Part shown: positions 8,885-16,955 of the stretch, in pieces
How the letters are laid out: every line of letters starts with the position of its first letter
Position numbering within the stretch: position 1 is the first letter of the stretch
NCBI GenBank assembly: GCA_964509925.1
Contig: CAZDZI010000005.1
Coordinates: forward strand, 1 to 33,481
Source: Candidatus Woesearchaeota archaeon
GTDB taxonomy: Archaea; Nanobdellota; Nanobdellia; Pacearchaeales; GW2011-AR1
Reading direction: 5' to 3'
Length of the DNA: 33,481 nt
Notes under the pieces: generated by a model
The model's database searches: none
Told to the model about the DNA's origin: nothing
Seen by the model: only the letters and a program-made list of their open reading frames with translations
Position numbers and translations under genes: made by a program

Positions 8885-9132
8885 TTGGAAATATTCAAAT
8901 AGGAAAACAAGGAATTACAGATAATTTTATTGCTAGTTTGGAAAATCAGTTTAAGAATAAAGAGTGTATTAAAATAAGTGTTTTAAAAAGTGCCAGGCCA
9001 GAAGGAAAGGGGGGCAAGGCAAAGGTAAAAGAATACTCTGAAACATTATTGAAAAAACTTGGTCCAAAATATACTTCTAAAACAATTGGATTTGTTATTG
9101 CCTTAAAAAAATGGCGAAAAAATAAAAGATAA
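8878..9132 (+). CDS. CRM-domain RNA-binding protein (YhbY/CRS1 family)
   Basis: IGKQGITDNFIASLENQFKNKECIKISVLKS matches the YhbY core. The 84-aa length fits archaeal members. It overlaps the upstream stop by 7 nt. Confidence 0.75.
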   Translation: MVIGNIQIGKQGITDNFIASLENQFKNKECIKISVLKSARPEGKGGKAKVKEYSETLLKKLGPKYTSKTIGFVIALKKWRKNKR

Positions 9133-9162
9133 AAAAATAAAAAAATAAAAAATTGGGACTAA

Positions 9163-9471
9163 CTAGAATCTTCTATTTGAGTCTCTACCACCGCCACCGC
9201 CAAATCTTCTTTGGGGTCTTGGTCTATCTGGGTCCATAGGTTTTGCTTCGTTAACTTTTAACTCTCTTCCTTCAACTTCTTTGCCGTTCATTGCTTCCAT
9301 TGCTTTTTTAGCAACTTCGTCATCTGCAATTGTTACAAAACCGAAACCTTTTGATCTACCAGAAAACTTGTCTTTGATAAGCGCTGCTTCTTCAGGATTA
9401 AATTCTGAAAAAAGATTTTTAAAAGCTTCTTCATCAACACTAAAAGGTAAATTTCCTACATATAACTTCAT
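9163..9471 (-). CDS. RRM-domain RNA-binding protein with Arg/Gly-rich tail
   Basis: RNP-2 LYVGNL, RNP-1 KGFGFVTI and the C-terminal tail RPRPQRRFGGGGGRDSNRRF. Confidence 0.9.
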   Translation of the reverse strand: MKLYVGNLPFSVDEEAFKNLFSEFNPEEAALIKDKFSGRSKGFGFVTIADDEVAKKAMEAMNGKEVEGRELKVNEAKPMDPDRPRPQRRFGGGGGRDSNRRF

Positions 9472-9674
9472 TTTACATTTTCCTCCCTTCTACTTATCTA
9501 AATTTGATAGAAATATCCAACTTAAATCCCTTACATTTATCCATTATCTTTCTTGATAAAAAGGGTATTTAAACGTTTTGATGTGTTTGGGAAGGTTTAT
9601 AAATCATAATTCTCCTATAAAAGTAGGTTAACACGCAGGTGTCTAAATCCGTAAGGATTGCCTAAAAAATCAAA

Positions 9675-10100
9675 ATGAATTCAATATATGAATTAAATGC
9701 CCAAGAATACAATTTAAAATTAGCTGAAGCTTTGAAACAAGTTGAAGAGATTCAAGAACCTGAATGGGCTACCTTTGTTAAATCAGGTCCAAGTAAAGAA
9801 AGGCCAATAGAAGATCCAGATTTTTGGAATAAAAGAACTGCTAGTATTTTAAGACAAATTTACAAAAAAGGTATTTTAGGTGTTAATAAGTTAAGAACTA
9901 AGTATGGAAGCAAACAAAATAGAGGGTATGCTCCAGAGAGATTTAAAAAATCTTCTGGAAAAATTATAAGAGTTATTCTTCAACAAACAGATGCAGCTGG
10001 TTTAACTGAACTTGCTAAAGAAATTAAAGGTGTTAGAGGGAAAAAACCTGGAAGACAACTTACTGCTAAAGGGAAATCTTTTATGGAGGAAATCAAATAA
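9675..10100 (+). CDS. rps19e: 30S ribosomal protein S19e (eS19)
   Basis: 141 aa. The pattern VKSGPSKERP...DPDFWNKRTASILRQIY...GVNKLRTKYG is typical of eS19. Confidence 0.92.
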   Translation: MNSIYELNAQEYNLKLAEALKQVEEIQEPEWATFVKSGPSKERPIEDPDFWNKRTASILRQIYKKGILGVNKLRTKYGSKQNRGYAPERFKKSSGKIIRVILQQTDAAGLTELAKEIKGVRGKKPGRQLTAKGKSFMEEIK

Positions 10101-10101
10101 A

Positions 10102-10305
10102 ATGCCAATTAAAAATTCAGAGAAAAAATCTAAACTAGCAAAAAAAGCAAGACAAACTAAGTGGGCTCCTTTTTGGGCTGTTTTAAAGAAATTTGGCACA
10201 GGGAAAAAAATTCATGCTTCTGCTATAACTAAACATAGAAGAAGTTGGAAAAGAACAAAATTACATATTAAACCAAGAAAAATAAGAAAATCACACTTTG
10301 GATAA
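10102..10305 (+). CDS. rpl39e: 50S ribosomal protein L39e (eL39)
   Basis: KKSKLAKKARQTKWAPFWAVLK...HRRSWKRTKL matches eL39. The ATG lies 1 nt after the S19e stop. Confidence 0.85.
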   Translation: MPIKNSEKKSKLAKKARQTKWAPFWAVLKKFGTGKKIHASAITKHRRSWKRTKLHIKPRKIRKSHFG

Positions 10306-10306
10306 A

Positions 10307-10888
10307 ATGGCTGAAACAAAAACTACAAAAACTCCTGTAAAGGAAGAAAAAAAGGAAAAAGAATATATTATTCCACTTAGAGAGAAATGTCGGGTTGTTC
10401 CTAGATATAAAAAGACTAACAAGGCTGTTAAAAGTGTTAAAGAATTTTTAGCTAGACATATGAAGGTAAGGGATAGAGATTTAGATAAAATTAGATTAGA
10501 TAGTTATCTTAATGAATTTTTATGGGCAAGAGGAATAAAAAATCCTCCACATAAAGTTAAAGTTAAAGTATACAAAGAAGGAGAACTTATAAGAGTAGAA
10601 CTTGCTGAGCTTCCGAAAAAACTTGCAGATAAAAAAGCAAGAAAAGATAAAATTGAAAATGCAGCTCTAGAAATTGTAAAGAAAAAGAAAGCAGAGGCAA
10701 AGAAAGCTGAAAAACCTGCTGAAGAAGCCCCTAAAAGTGAAGATAAAAAGGAAGAGGAAAAAGAAAAGAAATCAGCAGTTGTTGAAGCTGGGGCAGAAAT
10801 GGAAAAGGCAGCTGCAAAAAAAATGAAACATACTGCTAAAGGAAGTGTAAAAGCTCCTGCAGTTCAGAGAAAAGCTTTATCTAGATAA
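10307..10888 (+). CDS. rpl31e: 50S ribosomal protein L31e (eL31) with a long Lys/Glu/Ala-rich C-terminal extension
   Basis: YIIPLRE...PRYKKTNKAVKSVKEFLARHMKV...RLDSYLNEFLWARGIKNPPHKVKVKV is the eL31 core. About 100 extra low-complexity residues follow it. Confidence 0.88.
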   Translation: MAETKTTKTPVKEEKKEKEYIIPLREKCRVVPRYKKTNKAVKSVKEFLARHMKVRDRDLDKIRLDSYLNEFLWARGIKNPPHKVKVKVYKEGELIRVELAELPKKLADKKARKDKIENAALEIVKKKKAEAKKAEKPAEEAPKSEDKKEEEKEKKSAVVEAGAEMEKAAAKKMKHTAKGSVKAPAVQRKALSR

Positions 10889-10904
10889 TAATTCTTAAAT
10901 TTAT

Positions 10905-11615
10905 ATGCCCCACAAATTAATCAAAGAGTTAAAAGGATTAAGTAATTCTAAACAATCAGAAATTCTTCAAGGATTTTTTAAGACAGGTAAAGGACAATAT
11001 GGGGAAGGAGATATATTTCTAGGAATTAAAGTTCCTATTCAAAGACAAGCTTGTAAAAAGTACAATTTAAGTTTAGAAGCTATTCAAAAACTTTTGAATT
11101 CTAAAATACATGAACATAGACTTTGTGCTTTGTTTACATTAGTTGCTAAGTATAAAAAAGTTAAAAATAAAAAAGAAAAAGGTAAAATATTCAAATTTTA
11201 TATTAAGAATGCTAAGAAAATAAATAACTGGGATTTAGTTGATTTATCTGCTCCAAACATTGTTGGAGATTATTTATTAGAAAATCCTCAGATTAAAAAG
11301 ATTCTTGAAAAACTAGCTAACTCAAAAAATTTATGGGAAAAAAGAATTGCCATTGTTTCTACACTTACTTTTATTAAAAATGAAAAATACCTAGAAGATG
11401 TATTAAAAATATCTTTAATACTCTTAAAAGATAAACATGATTTAATCCATAAAGCAGTAGGATGGATGTTAAGAGAACTTGGAAAAAGAGACTTATTAGC
11501 ACTAGAATGTTTTATTCAAACATATTATAAAAACATACCAAGAACTACTTTAAGATATGCCATTGAAAAGTTTCCAGAAAAGAAACGAAAAGAATATTTG
11601 AGGGGGAAATTTTAA
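10905..11615 (+). CDS. DNA alkylation repair protein (AlkD/AlkC-like HEAT-repeat glycosylase family)
   Basis: FFKTGKGQYGEGDIFLGIKVP, NNWDLVDLSAPNIVG, WEKRIAIVSTL and HKAVGWMLRE match the family pattern. Confidence 0.8.
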   Translation: MPHKLIKELKGLSNSKQSEILQGFFKTGKGQYGEGDIFLGIKVPIQRQACKKYNLSLEAIQKLLNSKIHEHRLCALFTLVAKYKKVKNKKEKGKIFKFYIKNAKKINNWDLVDLSAPNIVGDYLLENPQIKKILEKLANSKNLWEKRIAIVSTLTFIKNEKYLEDVLKISLILLKDKHDLIHKAVGWMLRELGKRDLLALECFIQTYYKNIPRTTLRYAIEKFPEKKRKEYLRGKF

Positions 11616-12496
11616 TAATCAAATCTTGCTCCAACTCTGAATCCATGAGAGAGATCTTCTAATTCAATTCCTGCTTCATCGATATCTCCTCCCCACCTAG
11701 TTCTTTTGATATTATATCCTACATTTGCTGAAAATCTTCCCCATCTTTTTCCTAATTCAATTCCAGCTTTAATTCTAGTCATAATACCATTATATTCTAA
11801 TTCTAAATTTGAATTAATTGTTTCTTCCCTTGATTCATTAAAAATAATCTTCTTCTGTTTATTAGAAATATTATTTTGTCCTGCCCCAAATTCTGCAAAA
11901 AAAGATAAAATATAATCTTTTTTTAATTTTATATCTTTTTCATAACCTAATCTTAGAAGTAAAGCATTCATCTCAACTTCTGATTTGACATCATAAATAT
12001 AATTTGTTGCTGGAATAAGTCCATGAATTGGATGAACAACAAAACCTGTTGATTCTTGTTCATAATTTCCATCCATAGAAACATCTTTCCTTAAATTGCT
12101 TAGTCCAATATACCAATTTTTATTTAAGAAAACATCTGCTTCCAAATCCAGTCTATCTGTTTTAAAACCATTTACTAAAAAATTTGTTTTTAAATCTGAC
12201 TTTCCTTTGTTGTAACTTAACCCCGCCTTTGTACTAAAAGTAGGGAATGCTATTTCTAAACCATAACCAACTCCATCTAAACTTCTTGAAGAGGATATTC
12301 CTCCCACATCATGCATATTTATAGATTCTGGATAAATTTTACTATTATCTTGATTATCTTTCATAGAAGTAGTTTTTTCTATTGATACTCTTGCTCTTGG
12401 TCTTTTTTCTCCATCTTCTGCAGGTTTACATCCTCCAAGAAATGAGCCCACTAATGCTAATCCTGTAATTCCTAATTTTTTTAATAAAGTCGCCAT
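11612..12496 (-). CDS. Lipobox-containing protein with beta-barrel (OMP-like) sequence character
   Basis: N-terminus MATLLKKLGITGLALVGSFLGGC (signal plus lipobox-like LGGC). Alternating hydrophobic beta-strand patterns run throughout. The C-terminal nonamer F-R-V-G-A-R-F-D-Y has hydrophobic residues at positions 1, 3, 5, 7 and 9 from the end. Confidence 0.6.
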   Translation of the reverse strand: MATLLKKLGITGLALVGSFLGGCKPAEDGEKRPRARVSIEKTTSMKDNQDNSKIYPESINMHDVGGISSSRSLDGVGYGLEIAFPTFSTKAGLSYNKGKSDLKTNFLVNGFKTDRLDLEADVFLNKNWYIGLSNLRKDVSMDGNYEQESTGFVVHPIHGLIPATNYIYDVKSEVEMNALLLRLGYEKDIKLKKDYILSFFAEFGAGQNNISNKQKKIIFNESREETINSNLELEYNGIMTRIKAGIELGKRWGRFSANVGYNIKRTRWGGDIDEAGIELEDLSHGFRVGARFDY

Positions 12497-12599
12497 TTTA
12501 TGTAATTTATTTAAATGTTACCCCTTTATAAACGTAGCTAAAAACCCTGCTCCTTAGTTTTTACTTAGCCTTTATAATGAATTTATCTAAAAGAAAATT

Positions 12600-13079
12600 T
12601 TAATTTCCAAGTCTAACTGTGGCATATAATAACTTTTCCCTAGGATCATAGGCAAAACCAATTCCTAATGAATTATTTTTATATAAATTCCAACTATGTA
12701 ATGGGGAGGATCTCCATAAACTAATTATTGTTCGCAATGCTGATTCGTCCCCTTCTCTTACTGAAGATGCTGCTGTAACCTCTGCTGTTTCTGATGAATA
12801 AAGAGGAATAAAATGTCCTACTTTCTGTATGTGAAGCATCTTAATGCTATTTTGAGTTGCTTTAGAAGCTAATTCAAAATCATACATAAATTCTTTCCTA
12901 AATCCAACTTGAAGAAGATGATGTAATCTAGGACATAAACTATTCATCCATTCAAGTACCATTAAAATAAAGAGCAATAAAGTTATAAAAGGTTTATTGT
13001 GATTAAAATATATGATAAACTTAGAAAAAATTAAGGAAAATAAATCCATTAAAGAACTATTAGAGTTTGGGATAATCAA
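12600..13079 (-). CDS. CAP/SCP (PR-1-like) domain protein; start codon uncertain
   Basis: The C-terminal half has the CAP signature ...ALRTIISLWRSSPLHSWNLYKNNSLGIGFAY.... The longest ORF overlaps the cbf5 start on the opposite strand, so an internal start (M11 at 13049 or M40 at 12962) is more likely. Confidence 0.5.
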   Translation of the reverse strand: MIIPNSNSSLMDLFSLIFSKFIIYFNHNKPFITLLLFILMVLEWMNSLCPRLHHLLQVGFRKEFMYDFELASKATQNSIKMLHIQKVGHFIPLYSSETAEVTAASSVREGDESALRTIISLWRSSPLHSWNLYKNNSLGIGFAYDPREKLLYATVRLGN

Positions 13080-13884
13080 CCTAGATAAATGTTCAGGTCC
13101 GACTAGTTTTAGTGTTTCTGAATTTGTTAAAAAAACTTTAGATCTTCGTAAGACTTCTCATTTTGGAACCTTGGATCCAAAAGTTACTGGAGTTCTTCCC
13201 GTAGCATTAAACAGGGGTTGTAAACTTACTGGGTTTTTTCTTGGAGAAGATAAGGAATATATTGGGATTATGAGGATACATAAAGATATTGCTATAGACA
13301 AAATAGAAAAAGCAATCAAAGAAAAATTCCTTGGAAAAATCATTCAACTTCCTCCTGTTAAATCTAGGGTTAAGAGACAAGAAAGAGAAAGAGAAGTAAA
13401 AGCTTTTGATTTATTAGAAAAAGATGGAAAAGATATTTTATTTAGAGCAGAAGTTCAAGGGGGGACTTACATAAGGAAGCTTATTTCAGATTTAGGAGAT
13501 TATCTTAAAATAGGTGCTCATATGCTTGAGTTGAGAAGGGTTCGTGCTGGAATATTCAGAGAGAATACAATTGTAAGTTTATATGATTTTGAAAAAGCAG
13601 TTAAAGAATATAAAGAAGGAAATGAAAAATTATTAAGGGATATGATTATTCCTGGGGAAATTGTTTCTGAAGTTTATCAAGAAGTTCAAATAAAAAAAAG
13701 TGTTGTTGGTAGAATTCTACATGGTAGCCCGATTAATGAAAAAGATTTAGAAAAATCTGTTGAAATAGAAAAAGATAAAATAATTAGTGTTTTTTCTGGA
13801 GAAAGGTTTATGGGAATGTTTAAAGTAATAAAAGGAAGGAACATCTTTGCTAAATCAGAGTTTGTTTTTCAAGAGATAAAATGA
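13012..13884 (+). CDS. cbf5: tRNA/rRNA pseudouridine synthase Cbf5 (TruB family with PUA domain; H/ACA RNP catalytic subunit)
   Basis: GIINLDKCSGPTSF, the catalytic GTLDPKVTGVLP, YIRKLISDLG and a C-terminal PUA-like region. Confidence 0.92.
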   Translation: MINLEKIKENKSIKELLEFGIINLDKCSGPTSFSVSEFVKKTLDLRKTSHFGTLDPKVTGVLPVALNRGCKLTGFFLGEDKEYIGIMRIHKDIAIDKIEKAIKEKFLGKIIQLPPVKSRVKRQEREREVKAFDLLEKDGKDILFRAEVQGGTYIRKLISDLGDYLKIGAHMLELRRVRAGIFRENTIVSLYDFEKAVKEYKEGNEKLLRDMIIPGEIVSEVYQEVQIKKSVVGRILHGSPINEKDLEKSVEIEKDKIISVFSGERFMGMFKVIKGRNIFAKSEFVFQEIK

Positions 13885-14495
13885 GGGAATTTTTATATAT
13901 TTCAAAAAATGCAAGAACTTCAGGTAATTTTGATGTAAATAATTTAATGAAAGCTGGGCGAATGGATATTGTATGCCAAATTATAATTATGTCTTTTTTT
14001 GTTTCTCACCATACTAGAGAAAATGTTAAATTGCATTTGATATTTGAGGGAGGACCAGATCCCACAAAGCATTTAGAGATGTGTCCTGGGAAGAATTTTA
14101 TGGAAGATGATGAACACAGAATTGATATTAGTAAAAAAGACGTTGCTGGATTAATCAAAAGAATGCTTTACAAATATAAAAAAGGAGAAAAAAGGAATAT
14201 TTCTCCAGGTTATTCTGTTGAAAAAAAGAACTTTATCAAAGTTGTTGAAGAATTAATAGATGAGGGCAAGGAAATATACATCCTAGATAAAAAAGGTGAA
14301 GATATTAGAGATATAAAAAGTAAAGAACTGGATAATGCTGTATTTATTTTAGGTGACCAAGATGGAATTCCTAAACATCATCTAAAGATTCTAAAGAAAA
14401 TGAAAGTAAAAAAAATAAGTGTTGGAAACCAAATGTATTTTGCTTCTCAAACAATGACTATTATCCAAAATGAGTTAGATAGGCGAGGCATATAA
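13881..14495 (+). CDS. trmY: tRNA (pseudouridine54-N1)-methyltransferase TrmY (SPOUT, DUF358)
   Basis: It is collinear with the remembered M. jannaschii TrmY pattern: MREF...GRMDIVCQ...FFVSHHTR...VFILGDQDGI...ISVG...ASQTMTIIQNELD. Its ATG overlaps the cbf5 stop (ATGA). Confidence 0.82.
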   Translation: MREFLYISKNARTSGNFDVNNLMKAGRMDIVCQIIIMSFFVSHHTRENVKLHLIFEGGPDPTKHLEMCPGKNFMEDDEHRIDISKKDVAGLIKRMLYKYKKGEKRNISPGYSVEKKNFIKVVEELIDEGKEIYILDKKGEDIRDIKSKELDNAVFILGDQDGIPKHHLKILKKMKVKKISVGNQMYFASQTMTIIQNELDRRGI

Positions 14496-14527
14496 AACTT
14501 AATAAACTAAATCTGCTTTTATTACAT

Positions 14528-14803
14528 ATGAAAAAGTCTGTGAGATTATATATTACTGGAACTGTACAGGGGGTATTTTTTAGAGTATTTATAAAAAGTA
14601 ATTGTGAGAAATATAATGTTAAGGGTTTCACAAGAAATTTAGAAGATGGAAGAATTGAAGTATTTTTAGAAGGAGATGCTAATGATGTAAATAAGATGAT
14701 TGAATTATGTAAACAAGGACCAAAACATTCTCAAATAAAAAAAGTTGAAATTAAACCAGAAAGATTTCAAGAATTTAATACTTTCAAAATTCTTCATATT
14801 TAA
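14528..14803 (+). CDS. acyP: Acylphosphatase
   Basis: 91 aa with the signature ITGTVQGVFFR...GFTRNLEDGRIEV. Confidence 0.9.
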   Translation: MKKSVRLYITGTVQGVFFRVFIKSNCEKYNVKGFTRNLEDGRIEVFLEGDANDVNKMIELCKQGPKHSQIKKVEIKPERFQEFNTFKILHI

Positions 14804-14805
14804 TA

Positions 14806-15240
14806 ATGATTTACACCAATTCTGACGGAGGAGCTAGAGGCAATCCAGGGCCAGGAGCAATAGGAATTATAATTAGAAGAGAGGGCGAAATTCTTACGAA
14901 GCATAGTGAATTTCTTGGAGAAAGAGTTACAAATAATTATGCTGAATATATGGGATTAATTAAAGCCTTGGAATTTGCTTCTCGTTTTACAAAAGACTCT
15001 GTTACATGTATCTTAGATTCTGAATTAGTTGTAAAACAATTATTAGGAGAATATAAAGTTAAGAGCCCAGAATTGTTAAAGTTATTTGTTAAAGTTCAAC
15101 AACTTCAAGATAATTTTAAGAAAATAAAGTATTTACATACTAGAAGAGAAGATAAATTTCAACAACTAGCAGATGAATTAGTTAATCAAGAACTAGATAA
15201 TAAAGGATATCGTAAATATAAATATCGGAAGAGAAGATAA
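14806..15240 (+). CDS. rnhA: Ribonuclease HI (type 1 RNase H, short archaeal form)
   Basis: DGGARGNPGPGAIG, NNYAEYMGLIKAL, DSELVVKQL and ADELVNQ supply the DEDD catalytic residues. Confidence 0.88.
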   Translation: MIYTNSDGGARGNPGPGAIGIIIRREGEILTKHSEFLGERVTNNYAEYMGLIKALEFASRFTKDSVTCILDSELVVKQLLGEYKVKSPELLKLFVKVQQLQDNFKKIKYLHTRREDKFQQLADELVNQELDNKGYRKYKYRKRR

Positions 15241-15270
15241 ATATATAAAACTGTTTTTGTATTTTTAATT

Positions 15271-16767
15271 ATGGACAAAGAGAAATTTTTTTGGGCAGAC
15301 CAAATAGCTGACAATCTAATAAAAAAGATAGGTGAAAAAAAAGAATATGTTTGTGCTTCAGGTATAACTCCTTCTGGAGAAATTCATATTGGAAACTTTA
15401 GAGAAGTTATAACTACAGATATGGTTATAAGGGCCCTGAGAGATAAAGGAGAAAAGGCAAGGTTTCTTTATTCATGGGATGATTATGATAGATTTAGGAA
15501 AGTTCCTACTAATGTGGATAAGAAATTTGAAAAATATCTTGGTATGTCAATAAGTGATATTCCTTCTCCAGATAGCTCTGAAAAATTCAGTTATGCTGAA
15601 CATTTTGAAAAGAAGTTTGAAAAAGCACTGGAAAAAGTAGGAATAAAACCAGATTTTGTCAGACAGAGCATGATGAACAAAAAATGTGCTTATGCTGAAC
15701 TAATCAAAAAAGCAATTGATAAGAGAGACACTATTATGAATATCTTAAATAAATATAGAAAAGAACCTCTTAAGAAAGATTGGTATCCTGTGATTGTTTA
15801 TTGTGAAAAATGTATGAAGGACTTTACAAAGATTATTAGTATTAAAGGATATGAAATAGAATATGAATGTAAGTGCGGGCATAAAGACAAGATAGACTTT
15901 AGAAAAAAAGGTCTTGTAAAAGCTCCTTGGAGAGTTGATTGGCCATTGCGTTGGAAGCATGAAGGAGTTATTTTTGAGCCAGGAGGAGCAGACCATAGTG
16001 CTGCGGGGGGTTCATTTGACACAGGTAAAAAGATATGTAAGGAAGTCTTTGGGTTTGATGCTCCAATGTATCAGATGTATGAATGGATTGGTGTTAAAGG
16101 AGGAGGAGCATTTTCTAGTTCAACTGGAAATGTAATCACACTTAATGAAGTTGAAGAAGTGTATGAGCCAGAAGTATTAAGGTACTTATTTGTTGGAACT
16201 CGTCCAAGCAGAGCTTTTGATATTAGTTTTGATCTAGATGTTATAAAGATATACGAGGATTATGATAAATTAGAAGAAAAATATTATTCTGGAGAAGCAA
16301 ATCCAATGGAAAAAAGACAATATGAAGTATGTCAATTAAAATTAAATGAAAAACAGCCAGAAAGAACAGGATTTAGACATCTTGTCACATTAGTTCAAGT
16401 AAATCAGGCAAATAAATTAAATAGTTTTGGAAAAGAAAGAGCAATCAGAGTAAAGAACTGGATTGATAAGCATGCCCCAGAAGAGATGAGATTTAAACTT
16501 CAAAACAAAGTCATTGCTAATTTAAATAAAAAAGAGAAAGAAGCCATGAATGAACTAAAAGAAGTACTAAAAGAAAAAGATTATACTGAAAAAGAATTAT
16601 TTGATAAGTTTTACAAAATATGTGAAAAAGTTGGAATAAAGAATACAGAATTTTTTGATGCAGCATATAGTGTGATAATTAATAAGAAAAAAGGTCCTAG
16701 ATTGGCTGCCCTTATACTTGCTGTTGGTAAAAAAGAAATAATTAAATTATTAAACCAAATAAAATAA
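15271..16767 (+). CDS. lysK: Lysyl-tRNA synthetase, class I
   Basis: ASGITPSGEIHIGNFREV (the HIGH region of class I LysRS), a Zn-knuckle-like CEKC...CKCGH and the KMSKS-equivalent FSSSTGN. Length is 498 aa. Confidence 0.93.
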   Translation: MDKEKFFWADQIADNLIKKIGEKKEYVCASGITPSGEIHIGNFREVITTDMVIRALRDKGEKARFLYSWDDYDRFRKVPTNVDKKFEKYLGMSISDIPSPDSSEKFSYAEHFEKKFEKALEKVGIKPDFVRQSMMNKKCAYAELIKKAIDKRDTIMNILNKYRKEPLKKDWYPVIVYCEKCMKDFTKIISIKGYEIEYECKCGHKDKIDFRKKGLVKAPWRVDWPLRWKHEGVIFEPGGADHSAAGGSFDTGKKICKEVFGFDAPMYQMYEWIGVKGGGAFSSSTGNVITLNEVEEVYEPEVLRYLFVGTRPSRAFDISFDLDVIKIYEDYDKLEEKYYSGEANPMEKRQYEVCQLKLNEKQPERTGFRHLVTLVQVNQANKLNSFGKERAIRVKNWIDKHAPEEMRFKLQNKVIANLNKKEKEAMNELKEVLKEKDYTEKELFDKFYKICEKVGIKNTEFFDAAYSVIINKKKGPRLAALILAVGKKEIIKLLNQIK

Positions 16768-16768
16768 A

Positions 16769-16954
16769 ATGGGACTAATTGTAAAAAGCAATATCAAAAA
16801 AGTCGTGAAAGAGCTAGACAAAGAGAATGCTGTTTCAAGTGTTGCTGAAGAAGTTGGAATGGCTATGGAAAGAAAAGTTGAAGATATGCTAACAGAAGCT
16901 ATCAAAAGGGCCAAAGCTAATGGACGGCGAACACTACAAGCTCGTGATTTATAA
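16769..16954 (+). CDS. Small histone-fold-like protein (DUF1931-like)
   Basis: 61 aa. The sequence VKSNIKKVVKE...SVAEEVGMAMERKVEDMLTEAIKRAKANGRRTLQARDL resembles the remembered DUF1931 histone-fold family pattern. Confidence 0.55.
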   Translation: MGLIVKSNIKKVVKELDKENAVSSVAEEVGMAMERKVEDMLTEAIKRAKANGRRTLQARDL

Positions 16955-16955
16955 A

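Noticed and set aside
9133-9162. AAAAAATAAAAAAATAAAAAATT periodic A-runs; considered as a tandem repeat or CRISPR-like element
   Set aside because: It is only about 24 nt of low-complexity sequence between convergent genes. On the minus strand it reads as T-runs and most simply acts as the terminator of the RRM gene. No spacer-repeat structure occurs anywhere in the window.
12963-13079. N-terminal extension of the CAP-domain ORF overlapping the cbf5 start on the opposite strand
   Set aside because: A 68-nt head-to-head coding overlap is unlikely. An internal Met is the more probable start, although the exact one cannot be decided from sequence alone.
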